In this document: positions 56,306 to 64,000 of the stretch, piece by piece
Layout: each line of letters starts with the position of its first letter
Numbering within the stretch: position 1 is the stretch's first letter
From: a virus
IMG/VR virus record: IMGVR_UViG_3300046786_000331
Location: 81,728 to 145,727 of that record
Length of the DNA stretch: 64,000 nt
Reading direction: 5' to 3' (one strand)
Position numbers and translations under genes: made by a program
The notes under the pieces: model-generated
Told to the model about the DNA's origin: nothing
The model's database searches: none
Seen by the model: the letters and a program-made list of their open reading frames with translations, nothing else

Positions 56306-56671
56306 ATGGCAAATATATTTCGTGATCAAGAAAAGTTTATGCGGGCCTGCGATCAAACCGTGGGTGACTTAAACGAAACACAGTACAAACTTTATCTCGA
56401 CCTTATGGAAGAGGAATGGAAAGAACTTAAGGCAGCGTTACTTATGGAAGATCGAGTAGAGCAGCTAGATGCCCTACTGGACTTTATTGTTGTTACTACT
56501 GGCGCTATTCATTCAGCTGGTTTCGACGGCGAAGGTGGCTGGAAAGAAGTTATGAAAACTAACTTTGCCAAGATCGACAAAGAAACTGGTAAAGTTCGCA
56601 AGCGTGAAGACGGTAAGGTACTTAAGCCAGTTGGTTGGACACCTCCGGATTTAAAACCTTTTGTTAAATGA
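56306..56671 (+). CDS. MazG-like/PRA-PH-like all-alpha NTP pyrophosphohydrolase
   Basis: LMEEEWKEL, DALLD, EV..TNFAK, REDGKVLKP. Confidence 0.8.
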   Translation: MANIFRDQEKFMRACDQTVGDLNETQYKLYLDLMEEEWKELKAALLMEDRVEQLDALLDFIVVTTGAIHSAGFDGEGGWKEVMKTNFAKIDKETGKVRKREDGKVLKPVGWTPPDLKPFVK

Positions 56672-56672
56672 T

Positions 56673-56700
56673 AAAAAGGGTCTTTACAGACCCTTTTTTT
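56673..56700 (+). terminator. intrinsic terminator
   Basis: AAAAAGGGTCT-TTAC-AGACCCTTTTTTT. Confidence 0.85.
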
Positions 56701-56711
56701 ATCTGTATAAT
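56683..56711 (+). promoter_or_regulatory. sigma70 promoter overlapping the terminator, leaderless
   Basis: TTTACA-17 nt-TATAAT; ATG 56717 lies 5 nt downstream. Confidence 0.7.
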
Positions 56712-56716
56712 ATATT

Positions 56717-57019
56717 ATGACTAATACGGACTACTTAAAAAGGCTGCAAGAATATTCGGAAGAATTGCGAAAAGATCCAGTAAGACTTAAAGAGTTTATG
56801 CGAAATGTTATGGGTCCTCCTAGCGTAACGTTAGAAGGCAAAGAAAAAGAACAAGCTATTATGTTACTTGCTCTTGTCGAACCATATAAAGCAACAAACA
56901 ATCAACATAGCTATACCGAGTATTATATGGTAGGCGAAACTGAATATCATGCAACATATTTTCCAGAAGATAAAAATGCTCCGATAATTGATAAAATGTT
57001 GCCAGAGGATAAAGAATGA
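56717..57019 (+). CDS. hypothetical protein
   Basis: ORF behind a promoter; ATGA overlap with the next gene. Confidence 0.7.
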   Translation: MTNTDYLKRLQEYSEELRKDPVRLKEFMRNVMGPPSVTLEGKEKEQAIMLLALVEPYKATNNQHSYTEYYMVGETEYHATYFPEDKNAPIIDKMLPEDKE

Positions 57020-57462
57020 AAATTGGATTTACCTGTAGTACTTTTGATTTGTTCCATGCGGGGCATATTATGATGCTCAAGGAAGCAAAAACACAATGCA
57101 ATCATCTGATTGTAGGATTACAAACTGATCCAACAATTGATCGTCCTGGAATTAAAAATAAACCTGTTCAAAGTGTGTTTGAACGATACGAGCAACTCAA
57201 AGCCTGTAAGTATATTGACGAAATCCTTGTCTACGAAACTGAGCAAGATCTTGTAAACATCTTGCTTTCTTATCCTATAAATGTTAGAATATTAGGACAA
57301 GAATACGAACATGAAGATTTTACAGGCAGATATGAGTGCATGGATCGTGGCATTGAATTTTATTTTAATAAACGTGAACACAATTTTTCAACTAGTGAAT
57401 TACGACAACGTGTAATTGCTGCTGAAGTTAATAAAGGATTAAGAGATGGAAGAAAAGTTTGA
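57016..57462 (+). CDS. cytidylyltransferase (TagD/glycerol-3-phosphate cytidylyltransferase-like)
   Basis: FDLFHAGH (HxGH), LIVGLQTD, ER...L.ACKYIDE, STSELR. Confidence 0.85.
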   Translation: MKIGFTCSTFDLFHAGHIMMLKEAKTQCNHLIVGLQTDPTIDRPGIKNKPVQSVFERYEQLKACKYIDEILVYETEQDLVNILLSYPINVRILGQEYEHEDFTGRYECMDRGIEFYFNKREHNFSTSELRQRVIAAEVNKGLRDGRKV

Positions 57463-57631
57463 AATTGAAGTACAACCTAAAGACCCTAGCAAGGGACACT
57501 TTTATGTCAGCCTTGTAAAAAGTGGATTTAGAATTGGCGCAGGTATTGCACTAGTTCGAGGCGAATTAGTTACTGCTGGAGCATTGTTAATCTTTGCAGA
57601 ATTATTGGGCATTGTAGAGGAACTAGTATGA
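57446..57631 (+). CDS. small membrane protein
   Basis: HFYVSLVKSGFRI plus hydrophobic hairpin, AELLGIVEEL. Confidence 0.7.
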   Translation: MEEKFEIEVQPKDPSKGHFYVSLVKSGFRIGAGIALVRGELVTAGALLIFAELLGIVEELV

Positions 57632-58542
57632 AAGAACTTTGGGTAGAGAAATACCGTCCTAAAAATGTAGACGGCTACGTTTTTCGAGATGATCATCAAC
57701 GTAAACAAATTAATACTTGGATCAAGGATAAGAGTATCCCTCATCTATTGTTAAGCGGTGCTGCTGGTATTGGCAAAACAACACTTGCTAAGATTCTTAT
57801 TAATGAGCTTGGCATTGAAGAATATGACGTACTTGAAATTAATGCAAGTCGTACAAACTCCGTAGAAGACGTTAGAGACAAGATTACTAATTTTGTGTCA
57901 ATGATTCCATTCGGACCATTTAAGGTAGTACTATTAGATGAAGCAGATTATCTTAGCCCTAATGCGCAAGCGGCTCTCCGTGGAGTCATGGAGGAGTATC
58001 ATTCGACCGCTCGTTTCATACTTACTTGTAATTATCCTAACCGTATTATCCCTGCTCTCCATTCCAGGTGTCAAGGATTCCACGTTGAAAGAACCGACCA
58101 AACAGAGTTCACCGCAAGAGTTGCGACCATCTTGGTAGAGGAAAATGTTGACTTTGATTTAGATACATTAGACATCTATGTCAAGGTTGCATATCCAGAT
58201 TTGCGTAAATGTATTAATCTTGTTCAACAAAATGTAAACGAAGGTGTACTTTCTGCGCCTAGCAAAGGTGATGAAGGTGCAGCAGAGTGGAAGTTTGAAA
58301 TGGTTGAGATGTTTAAAGCAGGAAAAATTAACGAAGCACGTAAATTTCTATGTGGCAAAATTCGTGCTGAAGAAATGGAAGAAGTATATCGTTGGCTTTA
58401 CGATAACTTAGAAATCTTTGGCGATGAGTCAAAACAAGATTCTGCTATCCTAATCATCAAGCAAGGACTAGTGGATCATACGTTGATTGCAGATGCAGAA
58501 ATTAATTTGTCTGCTGTATTGGTTAAACTAGGAAGACTATGA
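57628..58542 (+). CDS. sliding-clamp loader AAA+ subunit (RFC small subunit / T4 gp44-like)
   Basis: LWVEKYRP, Walker A GAAGIGKTT, EINAS, Walker B LLDEAD, SRC motif. Confidence 0.92.
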   Translation: MKELWVEKYRPKNVDGYVFRDDHQRKQINTWIKDKSIPHLLLSGAAGIGKTTLAKILINELGIEEYDVLEINASRTNSVEDVRDKITNFVSMIPFGPFKVVLLDEADYLSPNAQAALRGVMEEYHSTARFILTCNYPNRIIPALHSRCQGFHVERTDQTEFTARVATILVEENVDFDLDTLDIYVKVAYPDLRKCINLVQQNVNEGVLSAPSKGDEGAAEWKFEMVEMFKAGKINEARKFLCGKIRAEEMEEVYRWLYDNLEIFGDESKQDSAILIIKQGLVDHTLIADAEINLSAVLVKLGRL

Positions 58543-58787
58543 GCGCACGTTATATGATTGTTACATATCTCAAAAAGCCGAATGGCAAATGGGATGAGTT
58601 CACTGAATTTAAAAATAACATCAAAACTAAACACATTCAAAGTGCTAAGGTTATCTTAGACTTTAAAGAAAAGAAGTGTGTAGTGAACAGTCTTAATAAA
58701 GAAGCCACGTTTGATGATATGTTAGATTTTTATAAAAGGATGTTAGGGGATCAGTTGACTCCCCATTTACCAAAGGATAATGACTGA
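58539..58787 (+). CDS. hypothetical protein
   Basis: ATGA overlap; ORF in operon. Confidence 0.7.
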   Translation: MSARYMIVTYLKKPNGKWDEFTEFKNNIKTKHIQSAKVILDFKEKKCVVNSLNKEATFDDMLDFYKRMLGDQLTPHLPKDND

Positions 58788-59157
58788 AACTAGACCTACA
58801 TGTATAAATTACGGCTGTAACGAACCTGTTGTTTATTCTCATAAAGAGAAAGACGGCCGTCCTAGGTGGAGAATCCACTGTTCACATTGTCAGAAAGCCA
58901 GTTACGGAAAATGGGAGCATAGACAAGGAGTACATCCTTATAAGTTAGGCGAATGCTCAAACGTAGATGGACATTTAGGATTTAGATGTGTAATGAACTG
59001 GAGTTTAATTCCAGAGTGGGCAAAAGGAATGACCGAAGTCGACCATAAAGATGGCGATCATTCTAATAATAATTTAGACAACCTAGAAGAACTGTGTCCC
59101 ATATGTCATAAACTTAAGGGGCAATTAATGGGTGACTATAAAGGTCACCGATACTAA
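58780..59157 (+). CDS. HNH endonuclease
   Basis: EVDHKDGDHSNN.LDNL..LCPICH; N-terminal C-x4-C...CxxC. Confidence 0.85.
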   Translation: MTETRPTCINYGCNEPVVYSHKEKDGRPRWRIHCSHCQKASYGKWEHRQGVHPYKLGECSNVDGHLGFRCVMNWSLIPEWAKGMTEVDHKDGDHSNNNLDNLEELCPICHKLKGQLMGDYKGHRY

Positions 59158-59185
59158 AATAAGGGCCCGGAGGCCCTTATTTTTT
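59156..59185. terminator. bidirectional intrinsic terminator
   Basis: AAAATAAGGGCC-CGGA-GGCCCTTATTTTTT between convergent genes. Confidence 0.9.
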
Positions 59186-59188
59186 AAC

Positions 59189-59923
59189 TTAAGAATCTCC
59201 GTAAATCGCTAGTATCTCCTTAACTGCTTCATGACGTTCCACATCGCCTACGTCGAAGTGGCATAGATCCACATATCTATGTTTTTCAAAGTTATCATAC
59301 AACCTCAAGAATTCTAATAGACCGTTATTATTAGGACGATCTGCTTGTTGCAAATCACCGGTAACAACCATCTTAGAACCTGTACCTAATCTAGTTAGCA
59401 GCATTTTCATCTGACTAGGAGTTGTATTCTGCATTTCATCGGCTATAACGACCGCATTTTTAAAAGTTCTGCCTCGCATGTATGCTAGTGGACTGGTCTC
59501 AATCACCCCCTCTGCAACCATAGTCTCTATTTCTTTAGCATTATAGTTCTCAGCAAAGACATCAAAAATAGGTCTTGTCCAAGGAGCCATCTTTTCGTTA
59601 AGATCCCCAGGTAGGAATCCATGCTCCTCGTCTACTGAAACGGCTGGTCTAGTTACAATAATCTTAGTAGCTTCTCCGTATTTGAGTTGATCAATTGCCC
59701 ATTGCACCGCTAGCATAGTTTTACCCGTACCGGCTGGTCCGATAGCAAAAACAATCATTTTTTTAGGATCGTTTAGCTTCAATAGATAGCTTTCTTGGTT
59801 TAGGTTTTTGGGATATATTTGAACTCTAGGACGTTTTTGATACGTTTTATCCACTAATTTGATTACGTTAGACGCTTCTTGATAGGTGTTAGCCTTCAGT
59901 ACTGCTGCTCTTTTTCTCTTCAT
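59189..59923 (-). CDS. phoH: PhoH-like ATPase
   Basis: GPAGTGKT, TRPAV, GFLPGD..EKM.PW, LAYMRGRTF, DEMQN, LTRLG, TGD..Q.D; AGGAGG SD. Confidence 0.95.
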   Translation of the reverse strand: MKRKRAAVLKANTYQEASNVIKLVDKTYQKRPRVQIYPKNLNQESYLLKLNDPKKMIVFAIGPAGTGKTMLAVQWAIDQLKYGEATKIIVTRPAVSVDEEHGFLPGDLNEKMAPWTRPIFDVFAENYNAKEIETMVAEGVIETSPLAYMRGRTFKNAVVIADEMQNTTPSQMKMLLTRLGTGSKMVVTGDLQQADRPNNNGLLEFLRLYDNFEKHRYVDLCHFDVGDVERHEAVKEILAIYGDS

Positions 59924-60066
59924 ATAAGGTTAGCCCTCCTTGTTTTGCGTTAGGCACGGACCTTTCAACCGTTGTGTCCGTGTCCGAACACAAAAGTATT
60001 TAACATTTGGGCTGAAAAGTAATATGATATGTTTGTATTTTGACGATAAATACAAAGGGAGAAATT

Positions 60067-60603
60067 ATGGCAGATATTAAAGACATCATCAGCAATATCG
60101 AGAACATTTACGGGTCAAATAACAGCTTAAATCTGTTAAAAGACTTCGAGCGTGTTATTGATGAATTAGACACCTATGTCTACGATAACTGGATTGACGG
60201 GGAACTCGTTGAAGGGCCCAAAGAAAGTCGTTATTTTGTAGAATGCACATTCATGTGGCCTAAGGATAAGATGCCCGAACCTAAGGGCGGAGTTCGTTTA
60301 CTAGATTACGGCTGCAAAGTTCAGTTTGCCGAAAGCCATATTTCTAAAGTAAGAAAGATTAAGAAGCCAGATGATATTCGTCCTGGCACTAAAAAAGGTA
60401 AAATTGATCACGAAGAAGTTTGGATGGTTAAAATTACCATGCCTAAGAAATTAATGAACGACATTAATCGTGGTTATCAGAACCTAGACAAGAATAAGGT
60501 TGAAGACATTCTAAATCAGAATGGCATTATTTCAAGTCAACCAGAACAAGAAGTACCAGCACCAACACAGGAAGCCTCAAATGCAGAACAGCCAGCAGCT
60601 TAA
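60067..60603 (+). CDS. hypothetical protein
   Basis: TAAATA at 60047 and AAGGGAG SD before ATG 60067. Confidence 0.8.
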   Translation: MADIKDIISNIENIYGSNNSLNLLKDFERVIDELDTYVYDNWIDGELVEGPKESRYFVECTFMWPKDKMPEPKGGVRLLDYGCKVQFAESHISKVRKIKKPDDIRPGTKKGKIDHEEVWMVKITMPKKLMNDINRGYQNLDKNKVEDILNQNGIISSQPEQEVPAPTQEASNAEQPAA

Positions 60604-61324
60604 TGAAGGATTGAGGTCTGGTGATCTCGAGAATATGATTATCCCAATGTTCGTTATCGACTCATTTAGATCTAAAATGGGCGAGGATCGTGATGTCTGT
60701 GTTTTAAGCCTTACAGTCAAGGACAGAAATCCAGCTAAGGATGTTATGGAGTTTGTTGAGAAAGGTTATAACTTTGTTCTCGACGCAGATGTTAGTGCAG
60801 GTGAAGATGATCAAGGACAGTATCACGTGTTCATTGAGTTAGCTAGAACTCCTAAACTAGCAGAACAGATTCAAGAATTGCAATACGGCATTAAAAAGCT
60901 CACAGGCTTGAACGAATTCAAATTCAAGTATTACAAAGAAAAGACAGAACACGATCTTACAGAAGAAAGTTTAAAAAAGGTTATTCCATCTACTCCACAA
61001 ATGTATGAAGGGATGTTGAATAAAATTAAAACAGAAAGCATCAAACGTTTCTTTAACAAAACACTAATGGATGATCTAACATTAGACGGAGATGTAATTA
61101 CTATTCACAAAGCATTTGATAAAAAAGTTCAACTGCGTATGGTGAAAGAAGCAACTACTGAATCCATCTTAGAAGGTGTTAGTGATGCTATCACAATGGA
61201 TCAAACAGCCATGAGCGAAATATTTTGGCTAACCAAGGTATTGGGCGACTACAACATTAATAAAGTAGGCGACAAGTTTATGTTTGACAACAAAGGTCAG
61301 GCAATGTTACTACAGAGGATATAA
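60581..61324 (+). CDS. hypothetical protein
   Basis: ORF; likely start ATG 60581. Confidence 0.75.
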   Translation: MQNSQQLNEGLRSGDLENMIIPMFVIDSFRSKMGEDRDVCVLSLTVKDRNPAKDVMEFVEKGYNFVLDADVSAGEDDQGQYHVFIELARTPKLAEQIQELQYGIKKLTGLNEFKFKYYKEKTEHDLTEESLKKVIPSTPQMYEGMLNKIKTESIKRFFNKTLMDDLTLDGDVITIHKAFDKKVQLRMVKEATTESILEGVSDAITMDQTAMSEIFWLTKVLGDYNINKVGDKFMFDNKGQAMLLQRI

Positions 61325-61326
61325 TA

Positions 61327-61953
61327 ATGAGTTTTACATTTACATTTACTAAAGACCACCTAGGACAGATGATTGGTAAGAATCCTTACTTAGATCACTG
61401 GTATGATGCAATTTGTGAAATTTGTCCAGAGTACGAAATCAATACTCCGCAGCGCCTAGCAGCGTTTATTGCTCAGTGTGCTCACGAAAGCGGAAACTTT
61501 GTTTTCTTAAAAGAAAATTTAAACTACAAAGCAGCTAGTCTGCGCCGTGTATTTCCTAAGTATTTCCCAGATGATGCAATTGCTGCTCAGTATGCAGGCA
61601 AGCAAGAAATGATTGCCAACAGAGTCTATGCTAATCGTATGGGCAACGGAGACGAAGCAAGTGGCGATGGCTGGCGTTATTGCGGACGTGGTCTTATCCA
61701 GTTAACTGGTAAGAACAACTATACATTCTTTGCAGGCAGTTTAGATATCCCTGTAGAAGAATGTTCCGAATATCTTGGAACATTCGAAGGCGCTTTACAA
61801 AGTGCATGTTTCTTCTGGGAACAAAACAAACTAAATCAATACGCAGACAGCGGAGATATTCTAACTATGACTAAACGTATCAATGGTGGTACTATTGGGT
61901 TAGAAGATCGTATCAAGCATTACAACCACGCCCTACATGTATTAGGAATCTAA
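61327..61953 (+). CDS. glycoside hydrolase family 19 endolysin
   Basis: AAFIAQCAHES, ENLNY, YANRMGNG, GRGLIQLTGKNNY, TKRINGG..GLEDR. Confidence 0.9.
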   Translation: MSFTFTFTKDHLGQMIGKNPYLDHWYDAICEICPEYEINTPQRLAAFIAQCAHESGNFVFLKENLNYKAASLRRVFPKYFPDDAIAAQYAGKQEMIANRVYANRMGNGDEASGDGWRYCGRGLIQLTGKNNYTFFAGSLDIPVEECSEYLGTFEGALQSACFFWEQNKLNQYADSGDILTMTKRINGGTIGLEDRIKHYNHALHVLGI

Positions 61954-61954
61954 T

Positions 61955-62422
61955 ATGTGGCAATTTCAGTGGGTGCTAAGTTTAATTCCAGATAGTTTTC
62001 TACTCTGGTTTATTAACATTTTGCTTGTTGTTGGCTTAGCAGGCACAGTAGCTGGTTTCTTCATCAAATTTATTCCATTTGTAAATCAATACAGATTACC
62101 TGTACAAATTGTCAGTGTAATTTTATTGGTAGCAGGCGTTTATTTTAAAGGCGGATATGCTAATGAAATGGCTTGGCGTGATAAAGTAAAGGCTGCTGAA
62201 GAACGTGCAGCCATTGCTGAAAAGAAAGCTGAAGAAACTAATGTTCAGATAGAAACTAAAATTGTTGAACGTGTTAAGAAAGTTAAAGAAGTTCAATACG
62301 TGATACAAGAGAAAATTGTCAAAGAAAAAGAACTCATAGATAAAGACTGCCGAGTTCCTCAAGTTGCTATAGATATTCACAACGATGCAGCAAAGAATAG
62401 AAAGCCGGAGGAAAAGAAATGA
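61955..62422 (+). CDS. putative inner-membrane spanin (Rz-like)
   Basis: N-terminal TM helices, coiled coil, C-terminal Cys; follows the endolysin. Confidence 0.65.
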   Translation: MWQFQWVLSLIPDSFLLWFINILLVVGLAGTVAGFFIKFIPFVNQYRLPVQIVSVILLVAGVYFKGGYANEMAWRDKVKAAEERAAIAEKKAEETNVQIETKIVERVKKVKEVQYVIQEKIVKEKELIDKDCRVPQVAIDIHNDAAKNRKPEEKK

Positions 62423-62679
62423 GATATTTAATTATTTCTTTGGTATTTTGTTTATCTGGTTGTTTATCAACTGCACCCAAGTTTCCAGAGATCCCCGAAC
62501 ATCTAAAAACAGGCTGTCCAGAACTTAACGAAGTAGCAAACGGAACTCAAGAATTAAGCAAAGTGCTAGACGTAGTAGTTGTTAATTACAGCACATATTA
62601 CGAATGCCGTGTTAAGGTAGATGCTTGGTTAGAATGGCACAAATCACAAAAGAAGATATTTGACGAAGCAGTTAAATAA
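62419..62679 (+). CDS. putative outer-membrane spanin lipoprotein (Rz1-like)
   Basis: Lipobox LSGC, Pro-rich start, two more Cys. Confidence 0.7.
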   Translation: MRYLIISLVFCLSGCLSTAPKFPEIPEHLKTGCPELNEVANGTQELSKVLDVVVVNYSTYYECRVKVDAWLEWHKSQKKIFDEAVK

Positions 62680-62703
62680 GAGTATATTAAGCAGGAGCGA
62701 AAA

Positions 62704-63270
62704 ATGGCAGGATTAGTAGATTCAGTACTAAATTTAATTAACAAACAACCAAAAGATCCGGATGCACCAAAGCCTCCAGTAGGGTCACGTAGCGAGCGTG
62801 AAGCAAAACTAAAAGACAAAGCAGGTATGGTTATTTCCATCTTTGCATTGTTACTAGCAGTCAACGCATGGTACGGTGGTAAGTTATCCAGCACAGTATT
62901 AAACAATACACTAGGTGCTAACAATACATGGGCACAGTATCAAGCTAAAGCAGGACGTGGTGTTAGCTATGAAATTGCCGCTAAGACAACTAACGATGCA
63001 AAACTAAAAGCAGAGTTCATGGCAGAGAAAGAACGCATGGATTCTGATAAGAAAGAAATTGCCGAAAAAGCAAGAGCAATGGAAGCTGCTCGTGAAGAAG
63101 CTAAAAAGTCTAGTCCATGGATTGGATATGCATCAACTGCATATCAATTAGCAATCGTTGTGTTATCAGCAAGTATTCTTGCAGTTAGCATGGCTATGTT
63201 CTGGGGTAGCTTTGCTGTCGCAGGAGTTGGTATACTATTAAGCCTAAATGGATTATTCCTTTGGTTTTAA
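62704..63270 (+). CDS. membrane protein (DUF4337-like)
   Basis: TM, N.WAQYQAK, coiled coil, two TMs; AGGAG SD; TAAATA at 62673. Confidence 0.6.
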   Translation: MAGLVDSVLNLINKQPKDPDAPKPPVGSRSEREAKLKDKAGMVISIFALLLAVNAWYGGKLSSTVLNNTLGANNTWAQYQAKAGRGVSYEIAAKTTNDAKLKAEFMAEKERMDSDKKEIAEKARAMEAAREEAKKSSPWIGYASTAYQLAIVVLSASILAVSMAMFWGSFAVAGVGILLSLNGLFLWF

Positions 63271-63295
63271 AATAAACGACAAATAGGAGCGAACT

Positions 63296-63805
63296 ATGTC
63301 AGAAGAAGTAAAGAGCGCAAGCGAACAAAAGAAAGAAGATTGGATGAACAGCAAATGGCGTCCAATGATGGGCTGGATGTATATGCTAGTCTGTACTATG
63401 GATATGGTTGTATTTCCGATCCTATGGAGTCTATTACAAACTATGACTCACACACAAATTACACAATGGCAACCACTAACCTTGCAAGGTGCAGGATTAT
63501 TCCATATTGCCATGGGTGCAGTTCTAGGTATTGCGGCATTTGGTCGTACACAAGAAAAATTAGGAGGAGCCAACAATGGCGGAGCACAATTACCATCAGG
63601 TCAACCAGCAGCATTTAGCGTACCTCCAGCAGCACCAAGCAGCTTCCAGACACCAGTTGCGCCAAGTTTCTCTGCACCAAGCACCCCAAGCAGCTTTGGC
63701 GGAGGCGGCTTTGGAAGCGTACCTAAAGCAGCACCAGCAGCAACCCCGATGATGTCGAGCACCGGCAAACCAATGCCTGTTCCTCCACAAGACCCTGAAC
63801 TATAA
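63296..63805 (+). CDS. putative holin (3TM/GTA-holin-like) with Pro/Ser-rich tail
   Basis: WMNSKWRPMMGW, TM segments, LGIAAFGRTQEK; AGGAG SD. Confidence 0.65.
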   Translation: MSEEVKSASEQKKEDWMNSKWRPMMGWMYMLVCTMDMVVFPILWSLLQTMTHTQITQWQPLTLQGAGLFHIAMGAVLGIAAFGRTQEKLGGANNGGAQLPSGQPAAFSVPPAAPSSFQTPVAPSFSAPSTPSSFGGGGFGSVPKAAPAATPMMSSTGKPMPVPPQDPEL

Positions 63806-63815
63806 AGGAAATATC

Positions 63816-64000
63816 ATGAAAAAATTATTAGCACTATTAGTAGCAGCAGCATTTGTTGTTCCAGCAATGGCAGCAGACGAAGCTCCAAAAACTCGTAAAG
63901 TTTGTGTTGATGTACAAGGAAAAGACGGTAAACCCGTAGTTGATCCAAAGACTAAGAAAAACAAACAAGAATGTAAAGAAGTCAAGGCACACAAGAAGCA
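63816..64000 (+). CDS. secreted protein, truncated by the window end
   Basis: AAGGA SD; MKKLLALLVAAAFVVPAMA signal peptide, then a two-Cys basic segment; open to the end. Confidence 0.7.
   Translation, partial: MKKLLALLVAAAFVVPAMAADEAPKTRKVCVDVQGKDGKPVVDPKTKKNKQECKEVKAHKK

Noticed and set aside
58780-59157. HNH gene as an intron-encoded mobile element
   Set aside because: It does not interrupt a gene and no intron structure is evident; treated as a free-standing HNH
1-64000. Alternative genetic code (stop-codon reassignment)
   Set aside because: Known proteins are full length in the standard code, and TAA, TGA and TAG all end genes at sensible positions

Overview
This window is an AT-rich, densely coding segment of a large tailed dsDNA phage with T4-like myovirus features. 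It reads in the standard genetic code. The host is probably Gram-negative, given the spanins, a porin-like gene and a Bug/TctC-type protein. Layout: (1) 1-2.5 kb, small genes plus an Rnl1-type RNA ligase. (2) 2.5-21.7 kb, a terminator-punctuated accessory island in alternating orientation: about 8 Fe(II)/2OG-type oxygenases, 4 non-canonical PP-loop ATPases, 3 GNATs, a desaturase, a Rieske oxygenase, an FMN oxidoreductase, an enolase-superfamily enzyme, an SGNH-like protein, a Bug-type binding protein, a porin-like protein and one Mtd-N-type fibre gene. (3) 21.8-32.3 kb, an atypical tRNA-like RNA, an Hc1-like protein, thyX, queD preceded by a preQ1-I-like pseudoknot leader, glycosyltransferases, uvsE and a QueC-like gene. 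(4) 32.4-55.2 kb, baseplate and tail-fibre genes with an inverted QueC-like cassette inside them. (5) 55.2-61.3 kb, a truncated DnaE-like piece, GroES, a MazG-like enzyme, a cytidylyltransferase, a clamp loader, an HNH nuclease and phoH. (6) 61.3-64 kb, the lysis cassette. Two promoter classes are visible: host sigma70-type promoters and a TAAATA late-type motif that often sits only 4-5 nt before an SD-less ATG, which predicts leaderless mRNAs. The best candidates for new biology are the late-expressed tailoring-enzyme island, the riboswitch-like queD leader and the tRNA-like RNA with extended arms. All protein calls come from motif recognition by eye; no database searches were run.
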